From Deltaproteobacteria bacterium (GTDB taxonomy: Bacteria; DRYD01): a DNA stretch of 64,000 nt. The notes below the pieces were generated by a model that had not been told where the DNA came from, made no database searches, and saw nothing but the letters and a program-made list of their open reading frames with translations. Shown piece after piece: positions 19,271 through 27,572 of this stretch (within the stretch, counting starts at the first letter, position 1; every line of letters starts with the position of its first letter). The stretch is taken from contig JAPYWL010000004.1 in assembly GCA_028276365.1 (NCBI GenBank), positions 1,793 through 65,792 of the forward strand, read 5' to 3'. Made by a program: the position numbers and the translations under genes.

Positions 19271-20941
19271 ATGTTGAGTTCTTTAAATTATTTAGCTGAT
19301 TCTTTAAGGAGATTGATAGATGGGCTTAAAATTACTTCTAGATATTTTTTTAAAGAGCCAATTTATACTTATAATTATCCTATAAAAGTTAAAGAGGTTT
19401 TTTCCAGGTGGCGTGGAAAAGTAAGAGTTAGAGCTTTTAATACTTTAGAAACTATTTATAACAGAAGTGAAAATATGTATAGATCTTTTAATTTACCGCC
19501 GTGTGTTAGGGGGTGTCCTGCTAATGTTGATGCTAGGGGATATGTAGTCTTAGCTGGTGAAGGAAAGTTTTTAGAAGCTTTAAATATAGAAAGAGCACAG
19601 AATCCTACTGCTATGTGTTTTGGGAATCTTTGTACTGCTCCGTGTGAAACTACTTGTAGTAGGAGTGTTCAAGATCATAAGCCTATTGCTATTAGATTAA
19701 TTAAAAAAGCTATCAGTGAATATAATCTAAAAGTTAACTTAGAAAATAAGGGAAGATATAATTTTACTATAGTAGGTAAAGAAAGTAATAAAAGGGTAGC
19801 AGTTATTGGTGGAGGACCTGCGGGTATAGCTTGTGCTCATAGATTACTTAGATATGGGCATAAAGTTGATTTATTTGAAAAATATAATTTTTGTGGTGGA
19901 TATCTCTATTCTGGTGTAGCTTTTTTTAGATTAGATAAGGATATTATGAACAAAGAATATGAGAATTTAGTTACTTTTACGAAGAATGGTAGAATTTTTT
20001 ATAATGCTACTATTATTTCCGAAGAACAAAAAGAAAAATTTAAATTAGTATCTTATAATGATATAAAGGACTTAAATGAGTCTATAAATTATTTAGAAAA
20101 AGGTAGTGGGATATTATTTAGTGAATTAGAGGATAATTATGATGCAGTAGTTATTGCAGCAGGTGCTACTAAACCTAGAAAACTTAATTTAAAAAATGCT
20201 GATAAAGTTGAATTAATTCAAGCTGAATGGTTTTTAGAAGATTGGAATTTAGGTATAAGGAGTTATAAAATCGGTAAAAAGGTAGTAGTTATTGGTGGTG
20301 GGGGAACAGGTATTGATGCTGCTAGAACTTGTAAAAAAGTTTTTTCTGATGAAGTATTTATTGTAGATTTATTGCCTTATGAGGATTTACCTGTAGCTGA
20401 AGAAGAAAAAGTAGAAGCAGAAGAAGATGATAATATAACTTTTATTTGTTCAGTTATGCCTACTGAAGTAGTTATTGATGAGAATAATAATATAAAAGGA
20501 TTGAAAGTAGCTAAGTGTCTATGGGGACCTGTGCTTAGTAATGGTAGGAAAAAATTAATTAAAACTAATGAAGAGTTTGTTATAGAATGTGATACTATTA
20601 TTTTAGCTGTTTCAAGGGATATAGAAATTCCATTTGCTCCTAAGGATATTGTAGGTTTAAGGGGAGAAATAGTAGTAGATGGGTTTGATGTTATGGCAAA
20701 TGGATTTGTATATAAATTTGGACAAAGCCCAAGACCTAAAGTATTTGCTGCGGGTGAAGCTTGTTATGGACCTCAACCTGCTATAGTGGCTTTAGCAAGT
20801 GGTAATAGAACTGCTGAAAAAATTCATATGTATTTAACTAATGAATTACCTCCAGTTTTAGATTTTGAAGTACAAAAAGTTTTAGGGCCTTTAAATGTTC
20901 ACAAGGTTCTAAGGAAATCTGAGGTCTTAAAGGTTAGTTAA
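19271..20941 (+). CDS. Fusion protein: NuoI N-terminal segment plus a GltD/NfnB/SudA-type Fe-S NAD(P)H:FAD oxidoreductase
   Basis: Residues about 15-55 (LIDGLKITSRYFFKEPIYTYNYPIKVKEVFSRWRGKVRV) follow the NuoI N-terminal consensus. The rest is GltD-like: CVRGCP...MCFGNLCTAPCETTC, two Rossmann motifs (VAVIGGGPAGIACA and VVVIGGGGTGIDAA), and VFAAGEACYG. Confidence 0.8.
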   Translation: MLSSLNYLADSLRRLIDGLKITSRYFFKEPIYTYNYPIKVKEVFSRWRGKVRVRAFNTLETIYNRSENMYRSFNLPPCVRGCPANVDARGYVVLAGEGKFLEALNIERAQNPTAMCFGNLCTAPCETTCSRSVQDHKPIAIRLIKKAISEYNLKVNLENKGRYNFTIVGKESNKRVAVIGGGPAGIACAHRLLRYGHKVDLFEKYNFCGGYLYSGVAFFRLDKDIMNKEYENLVTFTKNGRIFYNATIISEEQKEKFKLVSYNDIKDLNESINYLEKGSGILFSELEDNYDAVVIAAGATKPRKLNLKNADKVELIQAEWFLEDWNLGIRSYKIGKKVVVIGGGGTGIDAARTCKKVFSDEVFIVDLLPYEDLPVAEEEKVEAEEDDNITFICSVMPTEVVIDENNNIKGLKVAKCLWGPVLSNGRKKLIKTNEEFVIECDTIILAVSRDIEIPFAPKDIVGLRGEIVVDGFDVMANGFVYKFGQSPRPKVFAAGEACYGPQPAIVALASGNRTAEKIHMYLTNELPPVLDFEVQKVLGPLNVHKVLRKSEVLKVS

Positions 20942-20971
20942 TTTTTATTTTTATAAAAAAGGGGGAGTTTT

Positions 20972-21355
20972 ATGGCTAGATTACCTGAATATGTAAAAAA
21001 TAGTGTAATTTTGGACGATTATGCTTTGGAAGATGGGATTAGATGTTTAAGCTGTGAGAGTGGAGTTTGTATTGCGTGTGGCTACTGCTCTATGGTTTGT
21101 CCTGTTAAAGCTATAAGAATGGAAGTAATTCAAGATGAATTAGGGAGAACTATTGTTGATAAATTTGAGATAAATGTTAGTGCTTGTATATTTTGTGGAT
21201 TATGTGAGCAGGTTTGTCCTACTAAAGTTATTGAAATGGAAAATACTTATGAATTTGCTTTATATAATAATGTTGATGTAGTTAGAATGGATGAATATTT
21301 TGAATATGATGAAAAAAAATCTTTTGATCAAAAATTAATTATTAATAAAGGATAA
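20972..21355 (+). CDS. nuoI: NuoI-type 2x[4Fe-4S] ferredoxin core (NADH-quinone oxidoreductase subunit I, lacking its usual N-terminal segment)
   Basis: Motifs CIACGYCSMVCPVKAI and FEINVSACIFCGLCEQVCPTKVIEMENTYEFALY. The CIFCGLCEE/QxCP motif with y-e-I-N before it and y-E-f after it is the NuoI hallmark. It has its own strong SD (GGGGGAG). Confidence 0.8.
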   Translation: MARLPEYVKNSVILDDYALEDGIRCLSCESGVCIACGYCSMVCPVKAIRMEVIQDELGRTIVDKFEINVSACIFCGLCEQVCPTKVIEMENTYEFALYNNVDVVRMDEYFEYDEKKSFDQKLIINKG

Positions 21356-21363
21356 AAATATAT

Positions 21364-22242
21364 ATGAATAAAAAATCCAAAAAAAACGAAAAAACTACTA
21401 TAGAAAAAAAGAATAAAATTAAAATAGAAAGTAATTATACTGATAAGTTAAAAATAAAAGCAATCGAAAATAAAACTAATATTGAAAATGAAATTAATAG
21501 TGTTGATAAACAAATAGAGGAATCTAATAATAATGCTTATTTAACAAATGATTTAGAAGATAAGTTACTAAATCAGATAAAACAGGATTTTTTTGAAGAA
21601 AATAAGCTAAAAGATCTAAAAGATGAGGAGTTAGTAGAGTTGTATAAAAAAGGATTTAAAGAAGCTTTGGATATTTTAATTAAAAGATATAAAAATGTTA
21701 TATTATCTAAGAGTTTATTATTCTATATATCTAATCCTCAAGAAAGGGATGATATTTTACAAGAAGCCTATTTAGGTTTTTTGAGTGCTATAACAGATTT
21801 TGATAAAAATAAAGGTAGTTTTTATTCTTTTGCTAGTGTTTGTATTCAAAGACATATTTATACTTATATTAAAGCTTTAAATAGGAACAAGCATAAGATT
21901 TTAAAGGGAGCTTTTTCTTTGGAATCTACTTTAAATAAGGATCAGGAGTTTGCTGAAAGAAGATTGGAAGAATATTTAGAGCACTCTAAAATATCTTCTA
22001 ATATACCTTCTATATCTAGTTATTTATCTTCTGATGAAATAGCTTCTGTTAATTTTGATTATAAAGATAAACGAGAAAAAATATTAAAAAAATTAACTCC
22101 TATTGAAAAGGAAATTTTAAAATACAGGAGCTTAGGATACAGTTATAAAGAAATTGCAGATAAAATAGGTAAAAGCATTAAATCAGTAGATAATGCTATT
22201 CAACGTATTAAAAGAAAAGTTAAACTTATATTACAAGATTAA
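21364..22242 (+). CDS. Sigma-70 family RNA polymerase sigma factor, SigH-like, with a Lys/Asn-rich N-terminal extension of about 95 aa
   Basis: Region 2 (DDILQEAYLGFLSAITDFDKNKGSFYSFASVCIQRHIYTYIKALNRNKHKIL) and region 4 (LTPIEKEILKYRSLGYSYKEIADKIGKSIKSVDNAIQRIKRKV) parallel Bacillus SigH as I recall it. Confidence 0.8.
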   Translation: MNKKSKKNEKTTIEKKNKIKIESNYTDKLKIKAIENKTNIENEINSVDKQIEESNNNAYLTNDLEDKLLNQIKQDFFEENKLKDLKDEELVELYKKGFKEALDILIKRYKNVILSKSLLFYISNPQERDDILQEAYLGFLSAITDFDKNKGSFYSFASVCIQRHIYTYIKALNRNKHKILKGAFSLESTLNKDQEFAERRLEEYLEHSKISSNIPSISSYLSSDEIASVNFDYKDKREKILKKLTPIEKEILKYRSLGYSYKEIADKIGKSIKSVDNAIQRIKRKVKLILQD

Positions 22243-22254
22243 AAATTATTTATT

Positions 22255-23487
22255 ATGTATATAAGGATTTTGATTTTTTTTATTGTTAATTTTATAGTTT
22301 TTTACTTTTATTTAGTAATTTCTTCATATGGTTATAATGTTTATAGATCGAATTTCATGTCATTGTTAAATCAAGAAAGCTATGATGTTATTAGAGTATT
22401 AATAGATAGTGGGTATATTAAAGATAGGATTGATTTAAAGGGGAGTAATATAAGTTTAAGATATTCTTTAAAGAAATATCCTTCTATTTATCAAGGCTCT
22501 AATAATTTGTTTAATTTTTTATCAATAGTTTATAATTATCCTTATTTAGATTATTATTATTCTGAGAATAAGTATTATATTAATTTTGAGGATATAAGTG
22601 ATGTTTTAGTTTTATCGAATGATTTTATTGAGTATAAAAATAGGAAATATAGAGGAATAATGAGAATAATTTTTAAAGATCATAAATATTATTTAATTAA
22701 TTATGTTAGTTTAGAGGATTATTTAAAAGCGGTTGTACCATCAGAGATGCCATATACCTGGAGTATAGAGGCTTTAAAAGCACAAGCTATTGCTGCAAGA
22801 ACTTATGCTATTAAAATGATGTTAACTAGGAGATCTAAAAATGAGATTTTTGATGTTTATTCTACTGTTTTGGATCAAGCTTATTATGGGATTGATTATG
22901 AAAAAGATACTACTAATTTAGCAGTGGATTCTACTAAAGGTATGATCTTAGTTTTTAATAACGAACCTATTTGGGCTTTATATCATTCTAATTGTGGAGG
23001 ATTTACTATTGATGGATATTTACCCTTTGCTAAAACAGTATCTAAAGAAGATTATTATTTATCTTCTGTTAAATGTTATTATCCTGGAAATACTTGGGTT
23101 TCTAAAATTAGTTTATATGAAATAAAGGATTTGTTAAAAAAATATACTAAAAGAGAAGTTTATTCAATTAATTCTATTTCTGTTAATTCATTTAAAACTA
23201 CTTTTATTTACCAAACTGTGAATAATACTTTTGTTAATTATAGTATATATAATTGGGAGTTAAGGAAGTTATTGAATTATAGAATAAAAAGTCCGTTTAT
23301 AGATAAAGTAAGTATTGAGAAGGATTGGGTAATTTTTGAGGGTAAAGGTAATGGGCATGGAGTAGGTATGTGTCAATATGGAGCAAATTATATGGCTAAA
23401 GCTGGATATAGTTATGTTCAAATACTAAATCATTATTATCCTAATTCTGTTTTAATTAACTTAACTGATTATTTTTCTAAAAAATGA
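22255..23487 (+). CDS. SpoIID/LytB domain-containing protein (peptidoglycan lytic transglycosylase family)
   Basis: N-terminal TM helix. Motifs VVPSEMPYTWSIEALKAQAIAARTYA, YHSNCGG and GNGHGVGMCQYGA. Confidence 0.88.
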   Translation: MYIRILIFFIVNFIVFYFYLVISSYGYNVYRSNFMSLLNQESYDVIRVLIDSGYIKDRIDLKGSNISLRYSLKKYPSIYQGSNNLFNFLSIVYNYPYLDYYYSENKYYINFEDISDVLVLSNDFIEYKNRKYRGIMRIIFKDHKYYLINYVSLEDYLKAVVPSEMPYTWSIEALKAQAIAARTYAIKMMLTRRSKNEIFDVYSTVLDQAYYGIDYEKDTTNLAVDSTKGMILVFNNEPIWALYHSNCGGFTIDGYLPFAKTVSKEDYYLSSVKCYYPGNTWVSKISLYEIKDLLKKYTKREVYSINSISVNSFKTTFIYQTVNNTFVNYSIYNWELRKLLNYRIKSPFIDKVSIEKDWVIFEGKGNGHGVGMCQYGANYMAKAGYSYVQILNHYYPNSVLINLTDYFSKK

Positions 23488-23537
23488 AAAATAAATAGTA
23501 ATCATAGTTTAAATATTGATTAAATAATTTATAATTT

Positions 23538-24065
23538 ATGAGTTTTAAATTATTAAAATTAATTTCAGAAGAGGAAATTCAGAAAGGAGTATCTTATATT
23601 GCTAATAAGTTGAATAGTTTTTTAGATGAGAATTATGAAGATGAGTGGTATTTTATAACGGTGATGAAGGAGGGTATACCTTTTAGTGTTGATTTATCTA
23701 AGCAAATTAGGCATAATTTGATATTTGATTATATATTTTTAGAAAAGATATTTGAATATGATAATATTAAGGAGTTAGCTATAAAAAAAGATATATTTTT
23801 ACCTGTTAATAATAAAAATGTGATAGTATGTGCTACTGTTATTCATACGGGATATGAGGTTAATTTTATAAAAGAAGCTCTAAGGATTAGGGGAGCTAAG
23901 TCTATATTTATTGTTAGTTTAGTATTAAAACAGTATCCTAATAGTATAGTTAAGCCAGATTTTTATTATTTTGATATTGAGGGGACCGAATTTTTAGTTG
24001 GTTATGGGTTAGGTTATAATGAAAAGTATAGGAATCTTAATTCTATTTATAAGTTGGCTCTTTAA
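23538..24065 (+). CDS. Hypoxanthine phosphoribosyltransferase-like protein, probably catalytically degenerate
   Basis: Collinear with HPRT, including the C-terminal FLVGYGLGYNEKYRNLNSIY. The PRPP loop reads VIVCATVIHTGYEV where HPRT has VLIVEDIIDSGxTL. Confidence 0.7.
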   Translation: MSFKLLKLISEEEIQKGVSYIANKLNSFLDENYEDEWYFITVMKEGIPFSVDLSKQIRHNLIFDYIFLEKIFEYDNIKELAIKKDIFLPVNNKNVIVCATVIHTGYEVNFIKEALRIRGAKSIFIVSLVLKQYPNSIVKPDFYYFDIEGTEFLVGYGLGYNEKYRNLNSIYKLAL

Positions 24066-24139
24066 TATATATTTTAATATTTGCTTTTAAAAGGATTATT
24101 TAATTAATTAATGAATAAATAAAAAAGCGGGAATCGAGT

Positions 24140-24538
24140 ATGTTAATAGAGTTAAAAATAAGTACTAAATTAAGAGAAGATTTAATAGATATAACTGATT
24201 TAGTATTAGAGAAGATAGAACAGAGTGGAATTAAAAATGGGATAGCTGTTATTTTTGTGCCTCATACTACTGCAGCTATACTTATAAATGAGAATTCAGA
24301 TCCTATGGTTAAGAAGGATATTTTGGAATATTATAAAAGAAATGTACCTCTAGATTATGATTATTATCACGTTGAGGGTAATTCAGATGCTCATATAAAA
24401 TCTACTTTAATTGGTAATAGTTTAACACTAATTGTAGAGAATTCTAAGGTTATATTAGGTTCATGGCAGGGGATATTTTTTTGTGAATTTGATGGTCCTA
24501 GAATTAGGAAAGTTTATATAAAAATAATTCCTGGCTAA
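24140..24538 (+). CDS. yjbQ: YjbQ/UPF0047 family protein (secondary thiamine-phosphate synthase enzyme)
   Basis: Motifs FVPHTTAAILINENSDP and EGNSDAHIKSTLIG. Size is about 130 aa. Confidence 0.88.
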   Translation: MLIELKISTKLREDLIDITDLVLEKIEQSGIKNGIAVIFVPHTTAAILINENSDPMVKKDILEYYKRNVPLDYDYYHVEGNSDAHIKSTLIGNSLTLIVENSKVILGSWQGIFFCEFDGPRIRKVYIKIIPG

Positions 24539-24555
24539 GCGTTTATTATTGGTAG

Positions 24556-24981
24556 GTGATTTTAGTGAAAGAAAAAAAATTTAATAGTAAATCTAAAGAA
24601 GCATATTTAGCGTGGTATGAACAAGGGTTAAGAGATTTGGAGGTAGCTGATTTTTGTTATAATAATAATTATTATGAATGGGCGTGTTTTTGTTATCAAG
24701 AAGCTACTGTTAAAGTTTTGAAAGCTTTACTAAAAAAAAATAATCTTGAATCTTTTAGGCATTCTGCTTTTTCCTTATTAGAAGAATTATCAAAAAAAAT
24801 AACAGTTAATAAAGAGCTATTTAACCTAAGTATGGAATTAGATAAACATTATATTACTTCTAGATATCCTGGAGCTAATATGTTACAGCCGCCTTTTAAA
24901 GTATATAAAAAAGAAATTGCTGAGAATGCTAAAAATATTGCTAATAAAATAATAGAATTTGTTAAACAATACTTAGAATAA
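24556..24981 (+). CDS. HEPN domain-containing protein (PF05168-like)
   Basis: LDKHYITSRYPGAN matches the L-D-x-x-Y-I-P-T-R-Y-P motif of MNT-associated HEPN proteins. All-helical, 141 aa, GTG start. Confidence 0.8.
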   Translation: MILVKEKKFNSKSKEAYLAWYEQGLRDLEVADFCYNNNYYEWACFCYQEATVKVLKALLKKNNLESFRHSAFSLLEELSKKITVNKELFNLSMELDKHYITSRYPGANMLQPPFKVYKKEIAENAKNIANKIIEFVKQYLE

Positions 24982-25099
24982 ATAGAATTTTTTATTTTTT
25001 TTCAATTTTTAGAAAGATATTCTTTGTATAATTTTCTTTAGGGGAAGGAGAATATAAACAATTTTTAGGATTACCTTAAATAACTATTTTTTATTTAGT

Positions 25100-26749
25100 T
25101 TGGTTTTTTGGAGTATAATTTTTTTGTTTTTATTAAAGGGAATTAATTTGTTATATTTTACTTATCCAGATGAAAGTAGAAATGCTTTTGCTACTTATTA
25201 TATGTATTTTAAAAATAATTTATATAATTGGATTGTTCCTTATTATAATGGAGATATAAGATATGATAAACCTGCTTTGCTTTATTATATTGCGAATATA
25301 TTTTATATGTTATTGGGTAAATTGAATTTGGATATTGAAGTTATTTATAGATTGGTTTCTGTTTTTTCTTTATTTTTATCTAGTATCATTGTTTTTAAGT
25401 TTGCTAATATTTTATTTGAAAATATTTTTTATAGGTATTTTAGTGTAGTTGTGTTTGTATCATTTGTAAATATTTTTGTTGAAGCTAAAGCATTTGTAAC
25501 TGAACCCTTATTTACTTTTTTTATTTTAATTTCTTATTACACATTTCATAGATTTTATCAAACTAGTAATTATTTTTATTTAAATTTATTTTTAATTTTT
25601 TTAGGTTTAGCTAATTTTAGTAAAGGGATTGTATCTTATATTGTTATTCTTGGACCAATCTTGATTTTCTTATTATATAATAAATATAATTTAAAACAGA
25701 TTTTTCATGTATTTTTTAATAGAAAAGTAATATTAGGTTGGATAGGGCATATTATTTTAGGTTATACTTGGTTTATACTTGTTTATTTATTTACTAATGG
25801 AAAATTTATTAAAAATTTTTTATTTTTACATAATTTTGGTAGATTTACTGGTGCTTCAAATATGCATCTAAATCCAATTTATTTTTATTTTATTGTTATT
25901 ATTGTTAATATAATTCCTATTTGGGAATTGATTTCTTTGATTTTGGTCAATTTAAATAAGATAAGTTTGAAAAAATATAATGAACATTACCTTTATTTAA
26001 TTTTTATTTTTGTTTTTATTTTTGTTTTTTATAGTTTATCTAAAGGGAAAGTTTATCATTATATTATGCCAATATTTTTACCTCTTTCTTTATTAATTAT
26101 TGCTTTCATTAAGGAAATTATAGAAAATAATTATCAATTCAATTCTAAATTGAATTTAGGAGTTTTTTTTATACTTTCTATTTCGTTTTCTATTATTTTA
26201 TTAGTTTTGGATTTTAAGTTAAATGATTTGATTTTTCTTAATAAGGATAAAATTATTTTTAATCTTATTTATTTAAATTTGTTTTTTACAATTTTGATTG
26301 CTTTTATTTTATATTTTAATTATTTAAAATCTTATGCTTCTTTTTTACTATTTGTTTTTACATTTATTAAAGTTATTTTATTTTATCATTCTATTTTAGA
26401 TGATATTAATTTTAAAGTTTTAAGTAAAGATTTCATAGAGATTATTAAGAATTCAAGGAATAAAGAAATAATTACAGTAGGTGATATTGCTGGTGTTAGT
26501 TTTTATAATTTATATTTTAATAAAAAAGAAAGAACTATAAGTATAGATATAAATTATTTACAAGATTTTCCAAATATCTTAGGGGATATAAAAGAAAATA
26601 CTTATTTAGTTTTTACTAAAAAGAAATATTTTTTACAACTTAAAAATACTATTGATTATTCAAAAAATTATATAGTAAAGGAAGTAAGAAATATATTTGT
26701 TATTTTTCAAGATATGTTAGTTATTGATATAAAAAAAGTAGAGAAATAA
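25100..26749 (+). CDS. Polytopic glycosyltransferase, GT39/GT83 (ArnT/PMT_2-like)
   Basis: N-terminal YPDESRNAFATYYM ... YDKPALLYYI matches the D-E-x-R-Y ... KPPL pattern of lipid-linked-sugar transferases. It has more than 10 TM helices plus a C-terminal soluble domain. TTG start. Confidence 0.65.
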   Translation: MVFWSIIFLFLLKGINLLYFTYPDESRNAFATYYMYFKNNLYNWIVPYYNGDIRYDKPALLYYIANIFYMLLGKLNLDIEVIYRLVSVFSLFLSSIIVFKFANILFENIFYRYFSVVVFVSFVNIFVEAKAFVTEPLFTFFILISYYTFHRFYQTSNYFYLNLFLIFLGLANFSKGIVSYIVILGPILIFLLYNKYNLKQIFHVFFNRKVILGWIGHIILGYTWFILVYLFTNGKFIKNFLFLHNFGRFTGASNMHLNPIYFYFIVIIVNIIPIWELISLILVNLNKISLKKYNEHYLYLIFIFVFIFVFYSLSKGKVYHYIMPIFLPLSLLIIAFIKEIIENNYQFNSKLNLGVFFILSISFSIILLVLDFKLNDLIFLNKDKIIFNLIYLNLFFTILIAFILYFNYLKSYASFLLFVFTFIKVILFYHSILDDINFKVLSKDFIEIIKNSRNKEIITVGDIAGVSFYNLYFNKKERTISIDINYLQDFPNILGDIKENTYLVFTKKKYFLQLKNTIDYSKNYIVKEVRNIFVIFQDMLVIDIKKVEK

Positions 26750-26761
26750 AGAAAAATAGTT

Positions 26762-27565
26762 ATGAGATTATTTGTTATTATATTTAGCGCAGGTTATTCA
26801 AGTAGGTTTAGGAATTCGTATGAATTATATAAAGAACTACCTAAACCATTAATTCCTATTTATAATAAGAAACTAATAGATTTACACTTACATAATTTAC
26901 TGAGCTTAAGGAATATAAATATAAAGTCTTTAAAAATTTATGTTAATTTACATTATAAAGCTTTTGAGATATTTAGTTATATAAGTTCTTTTTATGAAGA
27001 ATATATAAAAAAGGGAATAATTAATTTTTTATTTGAACCTAACTTATTAGGACATATTAAAACTATTGATAAGTTAAAATCTTATATACTTAATAGTGAC
27101 TTATTTTTTATATTAAACTGTGATTCTTTTATTGGTAAATTTTATAATTACTTAGATATTGTTTTAGAGGTTTTAGTTAATAATAAAGTGAATAATCTCA
27201 TATTTGTTTCTGATAAAAGAATTTCACAGGATAAAAAAACATATACTCATTTTGAATTTAAAGATTGTTTTACCTTTAAGTATAAAAATAAGTTAATTAA
27301 AATTTCTAAAGTAAATGATATATATAAAAATGAGGTAAGTTTTAGGGAATATATTACTTTGTATATAGGTTTTAGTTTTTTTAGAATTAATAGAGAGTTT
27401 AATAATATTTTATTATCTCGTGATTTTAAAGAATTAAATTTTATAGATTTTTTGAAGAAACTTGATTTATATTCTCTTAAAATTCCCTATTTTTTTGAGA
27501 TAACTGAAGTTAAAGATTATTTAGATTTCTTAAATTATTATTTGTTCTATTATAAGTATTATTAA
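26762..27565 (+). CDS. Divergent nucleotidyltransferase-like protein (sugar-phosphate NTP-transferase fold?)
   Basis: The N-terminus FVIIFSAGYSSRF...LPKPLIPI resembles the G-x-G-t-R-l...PKpLlpi motif of NTP_transferase proteins. The rest is unrecognisable. Confidence 0.4.
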   Translation: MRLFVIIFSAGYSSRFRNSYELYKELPKPLIPIYNKKLIDLHLHNLLSLRNINIKSLKIYVNLHYKAFEIFSYISSFYEEYIKKGIINFLFEPNLLGHIKTIDKLKSYILNSDLFFILNCDSFIGKFYNYLDIVLEVLVNNKVNNLIFVSDKRISQDKKTYTHFEFKDCFTFKYKNKLIKISKVNDIYKNEVSFREYITLYIGFSFFRINREFNNILLSRDFKELNFIDFLKKLDLYSLKIPYFFEITEVKDYLDFLNYYLFYYKYY

Positions 27566-27572
27566 TTAAATT

